Assembly: GCA_020632235.1 (NCBI GenBank)
Contig: JACKFY010000002.1
Coordinates: 96,894 to 160,893, forward strand
Origin: Pseudomonadales bacterium
GTDB lineage: Bacteria; Patescibacteriota; Microgenomatia; UBA1400; PJMF01
Length of the DNA stretch: 64,000 nucleotides
Reading direction: 5' to 3'
Shown: positions 17,301 through 26,852 of the stretch, in pieces
Layout of the letters: each line of letters starts with the position of its first letter
How positions within the stretch are numbered: position 1 is the stretch's first letter
Program-made: the position numbers and the translations under genes
Notes under the pieces: generated by a model
What the model saw: only the letters and a program-made list of their open reading frames with translations
Told to the model about the DNA's origin: nothing
Databases searched by the model: none

Positions 17301-20243
17301 TGTCTCTAGACTAAAGGTAGTGCCTGTAAGATCTAGATCACTCCCCGCAGAGTAGGTAGTATCACTATCAGTACCAGTGATAGTGAGGGTGTCACCAGTG
17401 ATACTGGTAGATATACTGCCTGCACCAGCAACAGTGAGAGTATCTGTAGTTGTGTCTGCACTGGTACTACCTGTATCTGCAGTGAATGTCTCCCACAAGT
17501 TCTGTGCGCCAGGAATACTAACCCAATCTACACCACTACCAGTAGAAGAGAGTACTTGACCACTTGTACCTACATCTCCATTGATGTCAGTGAGTGTGCC
17601 ATTGAGCTCTAGATCACTGTCCAAATCTACAGCACCTGTGAATCTACCAGTGCCATTGACATCGAGTTTGTAGGTAGGGGTGTCATCATTTATTCCTACA
17701 TTGCCATTTAAGTCTATTCTCATAAGTTCGTCATTGGCACTTGCATATGAGTTGCGAAAGATATACCCATGCTGGGCATCCAAAACCATATTGGTTCCTA
17801 TTCTTTGAAGAGAAAAGGTATTGCCTGTTATATAAAGCGCACCAGCTTGATTCGTGCCTCTTAACGTATTTCCTATAAAATCAAATCCATTGCTCGAAGC
17901 ATTTCGGTACTGAAAACTGTCTGATGTTAATGCAACTGCTGTTGGGCTTCCAGAAAAAAACTCTTTCTCCGGATATCCAGAACTTAATCGGATCGAATTG
18001 CGCGCATTTAAATGTAAGTACGTTGAAGAACCTGAATCATAAATTCTGCTAGAGCTACTCCCAAACTTTAAAGTTCCATCGCTCTTTATGTGTAAATCAG
18101 CTGTTGGATCAGTTACCCCAATTCCAACGTTGCCACTATTCGAGTTGTAAATATTATTCCCGTTTGCTGTCCAAAGACTTCCACCTCCGACTGCGTTATC
18201 TACATAGTCTTTTGTAGTCACAACCGTTCCTATATCACCGCTGACTGTTGATTGCGAGCGGATTTTGCCGTTCACGTCGAGTTTTGAGGCTGGGGTGGTG
18301 GTACCAATCCCCACACTCCCACTCGTATCAATCCTCATCCTCTCACTGCCATTTGTTTCGAAGGCTAGTGAGTTGTTGTCATTAGTACCAAGTGTGGCCA
18401 GGCCGCCAAAGCTATTGCCGTCTTGTTTGTAATATGTTGGGTCTAGAGTTGTACTAATACTGGACCATGCAGTGCCGGTGCCGGTAGATGAAAGGATTTG
18501 CCCACTGGTACCTGCTGATGAAGTGTTATCTATAAATGCGCCAGTTACTTCCAGATCTCCCGCAATGGTGCTGTTGCTATTAAGATTTATCTCTCCTGTG
18601 CCATCAGGACTCAAGTCAATATCGCCATTACTGCCAGCACCAGTTTCAAGCAATAATGACTGAGCGGTAATAGAAAACGTGCCAGAGTCAGATCTGATAG
18701 AGGGGGAGACTTCACCTAGTACTACCTGACCGTTGTCGTTCATGGTGAGAATGGTATTGACAGTGGCAGACTCGCTGGCGTTGATGGGGAACCCTTGGAT
18801 AGTCTCGGCGTTGAGGGCGTAGGCTACTGCTTTGATGGGCTGACGAGGGGAGAGGGTTTCGCTGGCAACAGTGACCTCCAGGTACACACCGGCGTTTTCG
18901 GTAAAGACATCTTCTGCTATTTCGCTGCCACACTCGTCACCCAGTCCTGTTGAAAATATGCCATCTTGGTCGGGGGTAACACTACACGCGCCAGAATCCC
19001 ACAGCTGCGTGCCTCCACTCGGGGAATCAAAGAGCTTAAACTGCATGTTGGTGGCTGTAGTGATGGGGGTTTGAGCAGTATCAGTCAGCCTACCCTGAAA
19101 TGAGAGCGAGCGGGTGGGGCGGGTGGGGGTGGAGGGGTAGGCGAGGGAGGGTATTGTTTCTCTAACGAGTTGCTGGTACCCAAAGAAGCCCATGAGCCCC
19201 AATAGGAACACAATAATACCAAAGTTGACAAAGCTAAGCCCCCGAGAAAACACATTTTTCTTGGTATCTGAGTGCAACTCAGCAATTCGTTTTTCAATTA
19301 CCAAGTTTGTTTTTTCCTGTTCTTCCCAGTTTTTTTGCACTTCAGCGGAGTAAAGTGCATCAGGAGGGACAACTTCTGGAGTGTCTTTTTTTTCAGTATG
19401 ATTACTAGCTTGATAGTTGTCCTCAGCCTCTTGTTGCTCTATTTTCTGGATCGTATTTTTTGGTCCAAGAGTAGGCCAATTATTTTCTTGTACTCTTTGT
19501 GTATCAAAAGAGTCTTTAGTAGGTACATATGTACTCAGTTGACTGGTAGCTATGTTTGGTTTTTGTTCACCAGAATAAAAACCATAGTGTTCATCTTGAC
19601 CATTTTTAAAAGAGGTCAACCAACCAAATGAATCTTTGGATATGTTGTTGTCTCTCATCCAGTAGGCAAACTGGGAAATGCTTGTTAATTTTCGTGTGAT
19701 GGTGTTCTCAGAAAGTCCCTTGCTTTTCTCATTTTTGAGGAATTTTGATAGTTTGGTTCTTGTGATAACCGGAGTGTTCGTCTGAGCTGGCGAAAAAGAT
19801 AAAAACTGCTTGATATCACTTTTATAATTTTTAATAGTTCCCTGCGAGCAGCCGGAGTCTTTGAGTGCTAAAAGGTACTCCTCCAGATACATCTCTCCCC
19901 AAGTATTAGGAAGTTGTGCTAAAAATCGTTGCAGAATGCTCCTCAACCTAACCGAGATCCCCCTATTTTTCATTTTTTCTTCGGATATATGGATTAGCTG
20001 TTTTGGGGAGTTTTTATCAGTAAGCTCTGTAGATGCGTCAAGGAGTACCTGAGAGATAACCTCTTGGTCTTCAGCGCTCATCAATTGCTGTGAGTAAAAG
20101 CGAGCTGCTTTTGCGTGCACAACTTGGAAAATGGGGGTATGGGTAGGCATGATTATTGGTGTAGTAAAAACGTGTAATCCAGGCTTAATAGACCGTATTG
20201 CAGATATGTAACTAGGATATCTTGATTCAAGAGAGGTAGTCAA
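14301..20243 (-). CDS. giant (1980 aa) single-pass surface protein: cytoplasmic integrase-N SAM-like domain, TM helix, phage tail-fibre-like repeat region, internal S74 (endosialidase intramolecular chaperone)-like domain, ~500-aa C-terminal extension
   Basis: Residues ~100-210 resemble XerC/D N-terminal SAM-like core-binding domain (EEYLLALKDSGCSQGTIKNYKSDIKQFLSF); TM ~334-357 (FVNFGIIVFLLGLMGFFGY); repeats GSVGIGTTTPASKLDVNGKIRS / GNVGINDDTPTYKLDVNGTGRF / GNVGIGVTDPTADLHIKS; S74-like block SSQRYKENIESLDLGLNEVMQLRPVVFDWKADGMHDLGFVAEEVEQIDPLLATYANGQIEGVKYKQLTAVLVNAVQEQ at residues ~1363-1470 (nt ~15836-16157); possible later start at MSAEDQ (nt 20081). Confidence 0.75.
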   Translation of the reverse strand: MTTSLESRYPSYISAIRSIKPGLHVFTTPIIMPTHTPIFQVVHAKAARFYSQQLMSAEDQEVISQVLLDASTELTDKNSPKQLIHISEEKMKNRGISVRLRSILQRFLAQLPNTWGEMYLEEYLLALKDSGCSQGTIKNYKSDIKQFLSFSPAQTNTPVITRTKLSKFLKNEKSKGLSENTITRKLTSISQFAYWMRDNNISKDSFGWLTSFKNGQDEHYGFYSGEQKPNIATSQLSTYVPTKDSFDTQRVQENNWPTLGPKNTIQKIEQQEAEDNYQASNHTEKKDTPEVVPPDALYSAEVQKNWEEQEKTNLVIEKRIAELHSDTKKNVFSRGLSFVNFGIIVFLLGLMGFFGYQQLVRETIPSLAYPSTPTRPTRSLSFQGRLTDTAQTPITTATNMQFKLFDSPSGGTQLWDSGACSVTPDQDGIFSTGLGDECGSEIAEDVFTENAGVYLEVTVASETLSPRQPIKAVAYALNAETIQGFPINASESATVNTILTMNDNGQVVLGEVSPSIRSDSGTFSITAQSLLLETGAGSNGDIDLSPDGTGEINLNSNSTIAGDLEVTGAFIDNTSSAGTSGQILSSTGTGTAWSSISTTLDPTYYKQDGNSFGGLATLGTNDNNSLAFETNGSERMRIDTSGSVGIGTTTPASKLDVNGKIRSQSTVSGDIGTVVTTKDYVDNAVGGGSLWTANGNNIYNSNSGNVGIGVTDPTADLHIKSDGTLKFGSSSSRIYDSGSSTYLHLNARNSIRLSSGYPEKEFFSGSPTAVALTSDSFQYRNASSNGFDFIGNTLRGTNQAGALYITGNTFSLQRIGTNMVLDAQHGYIFRNSYASANDELMRIDLNGNVGINDDTPTYKLDVNGTGRFTGAVDLDSDLELNGTLTDINGDVGTSGQVLSSTGSGVDWVSIPGAQNLWETFTADTGSTSADTTTDTLTVAGAGSISTSITGDTLTITGTDSDTTYSAGSDLDLTGTTFSLETVLDTVTTINLAGTGTLNGLDSIDATTESTLEAAIDIAGDVAGTGLGSVVIQPDAVALGTDTTGNYAGSVAAGTGISVSGSAGEGTTFTVTNSDRGSQQNIFKNIAVSGQSNVVSDQNNDTLTLAAGSNVTITTNATTDTITISATGSNDTNTTYSADGLGIEESGTVFSLELDGSTLSKSASGLRIASTYAGQTSITTLGTIGTGTWQGSAIADAYVANDLTISGGSVSDNSFSAYSDLGTEGYLDNNAGGDLLTRTQLDGRYLALSGGTLSGDLTLNKADSSIIFDTSTSTDTDFWMGVQDDAGNDNDDSFFIGTGTTPGSNTALEINSSGQLGIGVTPTQALHVNGNGALTGGLFLGVLSFNGATDVCRNTLNALSTCSSSQRYKENIESLDLGLNEVMQLRPVVFDWKADGMHDLGFVAEEVEQIDPLLATYANGQIEGVKYKQLTAVLVNAVQEQQSLIMSNKSKLTKLEKISLAPDGTVIIAKQNGTYTATPAGVSSPLSAVIGASKAFIANMTAGLVHTKELVVTKTAEVQSLNTSALSIKGESIESMIKRIINTEQQRQSLPEDAVINNLAVKNSNGSVVAQIDNQGNATFSGKVAAETVTTNNLVVQEETNLSTLLAQEATISGTLASESITAESARLSYLETEIAQMREINAQTAEFMNATVSGTLYAQNIDGLDDKVASSLNEQSLIDIIRGIQPENPAPATAAASVAEGLGYTPVSTSELDLSLEDLNLSATETVIVPDAVYVTTYFNVNGIAYVSDMLGVGSSIAIGERTTLADGVLSYQAADSQDTLHIQPEGMGTIELLAGLLTLDDSGLAKIDGNLTVAGDVAVEGSLLGDLLQPTSYENPLRVQVAGVATSSGEVLDSSFEVVDETQTAVASIDADGEAQFSKLGLNAQDFTQQPEGEPLATSASSGKATIKSNQTELSIIASSLTQDSLVYITPVGSTGNQVLYIKNQQTDNPETLENEALLTVGFDNPSSNDVTFNWWIIN

Positions 20244-20684
20244 GACCGCATAGAGTCTCTATTTTTGGGTGAGTAACTGCCTGGTGTAGAGTAATGCAAC
20301 CTTTGTTGATTCGGTAATTATTTCACTCATTTCACAAGTATCAAAGTGATGATATATATGGTTTTTATTTGCCTTTGTACATCAAAATATGCTTTTTATC
20401 TTTTTTTTCTTATTGCATACATTCCTGTTGATTTGTGCAGAAAAACTTGTTTTAATGAAGCAATAACTAAACATCACTAATAACAGTATTTTTTTCAGGC
20501 TAAACACATGATCTCTCTCATTGTTTTTCACACTTTTACGAAGAAACACGAGATTCGCATGATGATCTGTAGAAAACTATCTATTTTTGCAGAAAAGATG
20601 GTGGTTTATATACCGAGAAATAACGCGGGAAAAAGATGGAGGTGAAAAAGAGGTAGAATGATGTAGATGAAAAACGTGAAATAA

Positions 20685-21446
20685 ATGAGAACTACAACCG
20701 AAAAACTACTGCTTTTGACGTACCCTAGTACCCAAGAAGCCCGTGGAGTACCACTTGATACTTTGGCGCTGCTACTTCCAGATCACGCCCCAGAGGGGAG
20801 GAGGTCGCTCCTCTACTATCTAGAAAAACAAGGGTACGTTTCACTTGTGGAAGCTGGTGAAACTAGGCAGATCATCCTCTTGGATAGGGGGACGAGGCAC
20901 GTACATGATCGTTTTCCGTCTTTTTCTACAAATAATGATCAGGAGTGGGTGATAGTGATGTTTCGCACTGCTCCAAAGGCAGATGCACAGTTTCGCTACC
21001 TAAGGTCACTTCTCATGCAGAGAAGGGCAGCGTGCATCCAGTCGGGAGTGTACCTACTGCCAAGTAACTCTTTTCAGACCATCCAGCGTGAGCTGCAAGT
21101 AAAGTACGATGGGTCAGTCTTGGTTGCCGAGGTTGGACGGTGGATATTCGGATCTTCCAGCACTATAGGATTGGACTACTTTCATCTAAATGATGCGCTT
21201 GTTAACCTCTCAAGTATTAGCAGAGATATAAACACTATGCTAGAAAAAATAAACAGTAAAAAAAGATTGACCAGTAAAGTAAAAATGGACTATTTATCAA
21301 TTGTAGATAGGTACTATGCGGTGGTAGATCAAGACTCAGGTGCAACCAAGTATTGTTTTCCCGAGAGCAAAGGGGTAGGGCAGGTATTGGTAGAGTTGCA
21401 AAATCTTCACCACACACTTTCGTATTATTATCGCATATCAAAATAG
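20685..21446 (+). CDS. PaaX-like winged-helix transcriptional regulator (N-terminal wHTH plus PaaX_C-like domain)
   Basis: N-terminal LLLLTYPS..LLYYLEKQGYVSLVEAGETRQIILLDRGTRH wHTH pattern; C-terminal WVIVMFRTAPKADAQFRYLRSLLMQRRAACIQSGVYLLP resembles PaaX_C. Confidence 0.45.
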   Translation: MRTTTEKLLLLTYPSTQEARGVPLDTLALLLPDHAPEGRRSLLYYLEKQGYVSLVEAGETRQIILLDRGTRHVHDRFPSFSTNNDQEWVIVMFRTAPKADAQFRYLRSLLMQRRAACIQSGVYLLPSNSFQTIQRELQVKYDGSVLVAEVGRWIFGSSSTIGLDYFHLNDALVNLSSISRDINTMLEKINSKKRLTSKVKMDYLSIVDRYYAVVDQDSGATKYCFPESKGVGQVLVELQNLHHTLSYYYRISK

Positions 21447-21959
21447 CGCCTTTTACTATTTTTTACCTAGTATAGTAATATTTTTTCAGAATTTGGTTTC
21501 TATTTTTCTCTTGGCTTCATACAAATCTCTTTTTACTTAGTATATTTGGGTAGATGCGGTATGAAGCAGTCATCTATTTTTAATGAGGTATATCTATATC
21601 TATATAGCACGAACATATGGTTTGCAGTAATGTTGCACCAGGCTTTGCAGTAATATATCGGTGATGGTGCGGTAATAAAAATAAGGCATTTTTGCAGTTT
21701 TTTGCAAACAGAAAAAAGAGTTATAGCTGCGAATAAAACACAAATATACTTCTTTTTTTACTCAGTATGTTACCTTACACATACATTCGTGTATTATTTG
21801 TGTTTTGTGTACAACATCGAAATGAGTACAATTTATTTTTTACTATACTTTTAGATGAAGTACTGTTATAGAGACTCAACTATAAAAGTCACAAAGTATT
21901 TCTTTTGACTCTTTTGTTGAAACAATTTTGCGCATTACTGTGTGAAAAGAAGTATTGAA

Positions 21960-22216
21960 GACGAAAATGGAGCGTTTGAGAGGTGTTTAGTCTGGACCCC
22001 TCACCATTCTCTGGTGAGGGTTTCCCGCCTGTCACCCACCCTGTCACTTCGACTAGCCCTATCTGTCATGTCGACCGTGAGTGGAGACATCTGCTACGAC
22101 TGTCCGTCAGGTGACGGATTAGCGGGCAGGTCCCCTTATGAAGAGGAATGTAAACCCATCTGTCCCGACTTAAGTCGGGACGTCTTCCCTTACAAGGGAA
22201 GCGCTAAATACCGCAC
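21960..22216. repeat. mosaic intergenic repeat, copy C (multi-module); the 120-aa track ORF 21942..22304 lies inside it and is probably not coding
   Basis: contains cccgcctgtcacccaccctgtcacttcgac (cf. 35177-35204 and 7287-7296), gtaaacccatctgtcccgacttaagtcgggac and cttcccttacaagggaag (cf. copies A, B, E). Confidence 0.55.
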
Positions 22217-24214
22217 TCACTGTGCTGCAAGCAGCAGACTGTTGTTGGTAGACTCCATGAGACGATATCCATATTTGTATGCCGTAAGTGTTTGGTCTTT
22301 GTAAGCGAGGCGTGCGGAGCCGTTTTTATCGGTGATATAGATGGCTGTGGTATCTCCATTTTGGCCGGTGTACGTTATGCAGTGCGAGATGCCAGCTCCT
22401 GATTGGTCAAAAACTTTGATAAAGGGACCTTTTCTTTTTCGCACTAGCACAACACCAACGCATAACAGGTAGAAAACGAACACAATGCCATTAATGAAAG
22501 AAGGGTACAGTATGGTAATCCCTAGTGAAAATAAAAACCAAAAGAATCCAGAAACTCCTCTGGTAGCGGAAAACATCACGAGCGTCACTCTACGTAGTCT
22601 GTGCGCATGCATCTGTACTTCACAGGGAATACTAAGAACGCTTTCTTGAGTTGTTTCCAGCAACTCTCCTTTGTAAAACTGGTGATAGTTAAGGTAGGTA
22701 GGTCTCTCTTCCATGGTAGGAAACTGGGCGTAGGCGTCATCTATTTCTAGAGAGTATGCACCTGTTGGCACGAGAGGAAGTCGCCCGTCTTCATTAGAAA
22801 AAACAAGGGTTTGCTCTACTTCTTCACCTGTATCGCTATACTTCTTGTAAAGAACTGGCATAAAACTAGCTGGCTTGCCAGAAAATACATCAAATACAAG
22901 ACTGGGTCTTTTTCTTGCCAACAATGGAGCGCACACGGCGCTGAGTGCTGCCAGCATCCCTGCAATACTCGTCTGCAGACCTAGTATGCCGGCTACGACA
23001 AGTGTTTTTAGTAGTGCAAACATGATGAGGGTGAGTGGTAGAGCATATGACCACCATGTTAGCTGGCTTTTTTCTTCATCTTGCGTACTTGATTGAACTT
23101 CGCTACTTGGTGCAGCTTGAATTACTTGGCTGTGAGGTTTCATTCCAGGAAGAAGCAGGGGCGGAGTGACTAGGGGAGTAGTGATTGTTTCCAGCAGCGT
23201 TACTTCTTTTGGTGGTTGACTGCTGCCCACTTGTTCTTGACCAGCACTTGATGGAGAAGGTTGTAGGGTCCAAGGCGGTTTCCACCAAGGTTTTGGCGTG
23301 ATGTCTGGAGAAGGAGAAGGGGTAATGTACGATATCACTGGATTGGAGGGGTTGGGGGTTGGGGGAGGGTCGATCTGTGGTGCTTCTTCGTCATGAATGT
23401 AGATGGGAAAGTGCTCTATTAAGGAAATATTCCCGACTGAGTCGGTGATGGTAAAGCGCAAAAAAATGACAGAGTTTTTAGGAACATCAGGTAGTGAGAG
23501 TAGCCAGTTGGGACTAGTCAAAACAAACATTGTAGGGGTGGCTACTTCTACCCCTCCCCTGGTAAAAGAAACAGTGACCTGAGATCCCGTTTCGCCAGAG
23601 CCTCTCAACACCTCATTATCGTCCCAGAATTCTAGTGGTGATGTAGGCACGCTGGCAGTATTTTGCGATGTGGTGGCGAGTGAGTAGTTGCCCGCTTGAG
23701 TGATAATTAGGTATGGAGTAGTTGCATCCACCGTAAGTTGCCAAGAAGCAGAGGTTGTTTGATTGCCCGCAGCGTCAACTGCGGTGACTGCCCAGGTGTG
23801 ACTGCCATCAGGCACGATTTTATTACTCTGTAGCGTGTATATGTTGTCAACAGCGTTGTACGTAACAGTAAATAACCCAGCTGCTGTATCTGTAATGGGT
23901 ATACCGCTCAAAAATGGGGAGCCATCAACTACGATGGTATATGAAGAAATACCAACGTTATCACTTGCCCCATACCAAGAGAAAATAGGCGTGTTGTCAC
24001 TGGTGACAGTACCATCTGCAGGAGTAATGAGCACAGGCGTGCTGGGTGCTACCACGTCAGGCACGCTGCCACGCACATTTGTTCCATATGTTGACGTGCT
24101 TGTTTGGGCTACTACACCAACAATGTTGAAGGTGCATAGCAGTACAGCGCTTAATCCTAGAATAAGGCTCAACTGCACTCCCTGCTTCATAGCAACCACC
24201 TCTCTTGAGAGCAT
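22217..24214 (-). CDS. secreted/membrane surface protein with N-terminal Ig-like domains, Pro-rich linker, TM helices and a C-terminal domain
   Basis: signal peptide region LSLILGLSAVLLCTFNIVGVVA; Ig-like blocks (TPADGTVTSDNTPIFSWYGASDNVGISSYTIVVDGS.. repeated); PPPTPNPSNP / PSPSPDITPKPWWKPPW linker; hydrophobic helices around LTWWSYALPLTLIMFALLKTLVVAGILGL. Confidence 0.55.
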   Translation of the reverse strand: MLSREVVAMKQGVQLSLILGLSAVLLCTFNIVGVVAQTSTSTYGTNVRGSVPDVVAPSTPVLITPADGTVTSDNTPIFSWYGASDNVGISSYTIVVDGSPFLSGIPITDTAAGLFTVTYNAVDNIYTLQSNKIVPDGSHTWAVTAVDAAGNQTTSASWQLTVDATTPYLIITQAGNYSLATTSQNTASVPTSPLEFWDDNEVLRGSGETGSQVTVSFTRGGVEVATPTMFVLTSPNWLLSLPDVPKNSVIFLRFTITDSVGNISLIEHFPIYIHDEEAPQIDPPPTPNPSNPVISYITPSPSPDITPKPWWKPPWTLQPSPSSAGQEQVGSSQPPKEVTLLETITTPLVTPPLLLPGMKPHSQVIQAAPSSEVQSSTQDEEKSQLTWWSYALPLTLIMFALLKTLVVAGILGLQTSIAGMLAALSAVCAPLLARKRPSLVFDVFSGKPASFMPVLYKKYSDTGEEVEQTLVFSNEDGRLPLVPTGAYSLEIDDAYAQFPTMEERPTYLNYHQFYKGELLETTQESVLSIPCEVQMHAHRLRRVTLVMFSATRGVSGFFWFLFSLGITILYPSFINGIVFVFYLLCVGVVLVRKRKGPFIKVFDQSGAGISHCITYTGQNGDTTAIYITDKNGSARLAYKDQTLTAYKYGYRLMESTNNSLLLAAQ

Positions 24215-24234
24215 CTAGTAGAAGATAGCCGTTT

Positions 24235-25278
24235 TTATGCTTTCTTCTTGTTTAGTTTTGACTCTAACTCAGCAATGCGAGCGTCTCTGTCATCTTGGCG
24301 GTGCAGCATATGTCTTCGAACACTCACCATAGCAGCAATAAGGGCAAGAAGAGCTACCAGCACTGCTGTAATAAGCTTGACAGGCAAGAGCCAGAAAGAA
24401 GACTGAGCCATAATAACTTGTCCATTTTGACCGTAGTTTGCGGTTAGCTCGGCTGAGTATCTACCTGTTCCCCAAATAGCATCCCATTCACCAGAGAACA
24501 TTTTTTCTTTAAGGGGGAAGATATTTTTTGAACCACCATCGGGACTCTCGACCTCAAACGATGCCACCTCATTACCCCACATGCTTGTAATAGTCATCTT
24601 TAATGTGGGATTGATGTGAATATCAGATTGATTTTCGACAGTAAATGAGTACGGAACGGGACCAAACTCACTCAGAGAGGGAAGTGAAAAGTCTCTAATA
24701 AAGGCCTGTTCATTGATGGCACCATCAACTACGACATATAGGAGGGTTCCTACTTCTTGTTTTACCGCACTCTCATTTTCACTATCAACGGTTTGTGTCT
24801 GGCCAACAGGGGAGTGAAGGACCATTGCGTAGTGACCGCCAGGAAGGGCATCACTTGGTGCTTCAATAAGCACGTATACGGCAACTGTTTCTCCTGGTTG
24901 AATGGTCTGACCGCTTGGTGTAATGGTGAGCCAATCACTCAGCGCCCATCTATTTGACGTTTCCTCGTCTACCGGAAGAGGGGTGGTGCCATCTTCATCA
25001 ACAATAAAATCACGCGCGAGACTGGTGATTTGGATGGGGTTTGTCGAGGTATTACGCACGCGTAGCTCGACCTGCTTTTTTTCTCCTGGTTGAAGTGTGA
25101 GCTCTCTATTTTCTCCCTCTCTAGGAGGGATAGCAGTTAGTGTGGCTACTTCAGCAACAGCATTCTGAGTTGTTGTAGTGGGCTCGGCTTCTTGTGCCAA
25201 GGCTGGGGTGACAAAAACACCGCATGCCAGAGCTACTACCACAGCTGATCTTTTGAGTGAAACGAGGGCAGGTTTCAT
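24235..25278 (-). CDS. DUF916/DUF3324-like (WxL-locus CscB-type) cell-surface protein: signal peptide, two beta-rich domains, C-terminal TM anchor plus basic tail
   Basis: MKPALVSLKRSAVVVALACGVFVTPALA signal; LTLQPGEKKQVELRVRNTSTNPIQIT pattern typical of DUF916; C-terminus LLPVKLITAVLVALLALIAAMVSVRRHMLHRQDDRD. Confidence 0.5.
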   Translation of the reverse strand: MKPALVSLKRSAVVVALACGVFVTPALAQEAEPTTTTQNAVAEVATLTAIPPREGENRELTLQPGEKKQVELRVRNTSTNPIQITSLARDFIVDEDGTTPLPVDEETSNRWALSDWLTITPSGQTIQPGETVAVYVLIEAPSDALPGGHYAMVLHSPVGQTQTVDSENESAVKQEVGTLLYVVVDGAINEQAFIRDFSLPSLSEFGPVPYSFTVENQSDIHINPTLKMTITSMWGNEVASFEVESPDGGSKNIFPLKEKMFSGEWDAIWGTGRYSAELTANYGQNGQVIMAQSSFWLLPVKLITAVLVALLALIAAMVSVRRHMLHRQDDRDARIAELESKLNKKKA

Positions 25279-25301
25279 TACGTATTCCTTTCTTGAGTTT
25301 T

Positions 25302-26741
25302 TTAGAATGTGGCGGTTGCTCGATATGTTACGTTGTTTTCATACTCTCCTGCTTGCGTAGTCACAGCAGGGATAATGCGGTAGCACACGTCAAGGTTTTG
25401 GTTATCAGCCACTGTTGTTCCAGAGAAAATCTGAACAGGAGTTTCGGAGTTTTGTGCATCAGCAAAGTGTTTGGTAGAGAATGTGCGACTTGACTCATTA
25501 TAGCTAAATGCCTCAGTGGTAGTAGCACTTACGTCATGGAGTGAGTAACCAAAGCCTTTCTTGGTAGTATCAGAGCCCCATTCTGCTGAAGTTGTTTGGC
25601 TAATTCCACCCACATCTTCAAATGCATCTTGAATACAATTTGGATCGCCAGCGCTCGTTGGAGTAGCATTCGTACAGCCATCACCGTCCTTGCTCATTTG
25701 ATCATCTTCAATGGCGGTTACAACAAACCCTCCAGCAGCATTTGTAGAGACGGCTAGATTTTGGGCTGCTTGAGCAAATGAAGCGAGGCTCAGAGGACCA
25801 AATGGAACGGCAGTGGGAGTCGTGGCAACGGTTGTTGCTACTCCACAGCGACTAGCACTACTTGCTACGCCAGTAATAGTGAAGGTGAGCTGTGGATCAA
25901 CGCTAGCAGTAATGCGAACGGACTCGATAGTACCTACCGATACTGTGGTGCTGTCAATAACAGATGAAGAGTTATCTAGATTTTGTACAATAATTTTGTG
26001 CGAATCGGCCGTGCCTTCGGTGTGTGTTGCCGTGGGAGCAGGATTAATGAGGCCATTAATCACCATAGGGTTGGCAGCAAAACTAGAGCTTGTTGCGCCG
26101 GTTCCAGTGTATGGACAGGTAAAGCTATGATACAGCTGACTATTGATAGTTACTGCGCCAGCAGATGCAGCTGCAGTCCCAAAAACATAGGTACTACCAA
26201 CATCAGATGGACAAGTGACCGTTGCGCCAGCAGAAGTAAAGTCCCAAAAACCAGCGTCAGGATTGTCATCATTATTATTGCTTGCAGCAGCAGGAATAAG
26301 TACGCGGAAAGAGCCCGCATTTACCGCATTTGCAGTAGTAAATCGAACTGAGAGATCAGCTGACTGTGGTGAGTAGATGGTGTCTCCTGCAGTCTCATCT
26401 CCTGAAACAATGCCAGATCCAAGTTCGAGCGTGTCTGCATCAGACACGTTCTGTACGGTATATGAGTTTCCATTTATAACGATCGTATCATTATTTTGAA
26501 TACCAGCAGTAGAGACAGAAGTTCCGGTAGTAGGAGTAGTGTCTATGCCCAAAATACTTGATCCAACGGTATTTCCACTGCCCACTTCACCGAAGAACGA
26601 CAGGCGGGGAGTAGAGAGCGTAACGGAAGTATTGGTTAAACTAGCAGACTCACTTTGGTGGGAGAAGGCTGTAGCCCCCATGAGTAGCACGAGGATGCCC
26701 CCGATACATGCGCGTTTTGTAGATGAAGAGAGTGACAGCAT
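25302..26741 (-). CDS. secreted protein with C-terminal WxL-like domain (Tyr-variant motif), N-terminal Thr/Gly-rich beta region
   Basis: signal peptide MLSLSSSTKRACIGGILVLLMGATAFS; C-terminal EWGSDTTKKGFGYSL...QAGEYENNVTYRATATF-end shares the GFGY and AGEYExxΦxY(T/R)A blocks with the 247-aa neighbour and resembles the terminal aGxYxGxltWtLxxaP of WxL domains. Confidence 0.5.
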   Translation of the reverse strand: MLSLSSSTKRACIGGILVLLMGATAFSHQSESASLTNTSVTLSTPRLSFFGEVGSGNTVGSSILGIDTTPTTGTSVSTAGIQNNDTIVINGNSYTVQNVSDADTLELGSGIVSGDETAGDTIYSPQSADLSVRFTTANAVNAGSFRVLIPAAASNNNDDNPDAGFWDFTSAGATVTCPSDVGSTYVFGTAAASAGAVTINSQLYHSFTCPYTGTGATSSSFAANPMVINGLINPAPTATHTEGTADSHKIIVQNLDNSSSVIDSTTVSVGTIESVRITASVDPQLTFTITGVASSASRCGVATTVATTPTAVPFGPLSLASFAQAAQNLAVSTNAAGGFVVTAIEDDQMSKDGDGCTNATPTSAGDPNCIQDAFEDVGGISQTTSAEWGSDTTKKGFGYSLHDVSATTTEAFSYNESSRTFSTKHFADAQNSETPVQIFSGTTVADNQNLDVCYRIIPAVTTQAGEYENNVTYRATATF

Positions 26742-26852
26742 AAATAAGACTTTGTTTAAATTTTAGTACGTACAACCAAAATACTAGATAGATTTTGAGT
26801 GACACGCAAGTACTAAAAATTAGGTGGAGTGATGAGGAGTATGTTTTTAGGC

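Noticed and set aside
14635-19631. Numerous plus-strand ORFs (e.g. 15577..16269, 19272..19631) inside the giant minus-strand gene
   Set aside because: Antisense to a long, repeat-structured coding frame; biased composition produced by the repetitive Thr/Gly/Ser codons on the opposite strand.
21942-22304. 120-aa plus-strand ORF in the ORF track
   Set aside because: Lies entirely within intergenic repeat copy C; odd Cys/Arg/Ser-rich composition; overlaps the end of the 22217..24214 gene; most likely non-coding.
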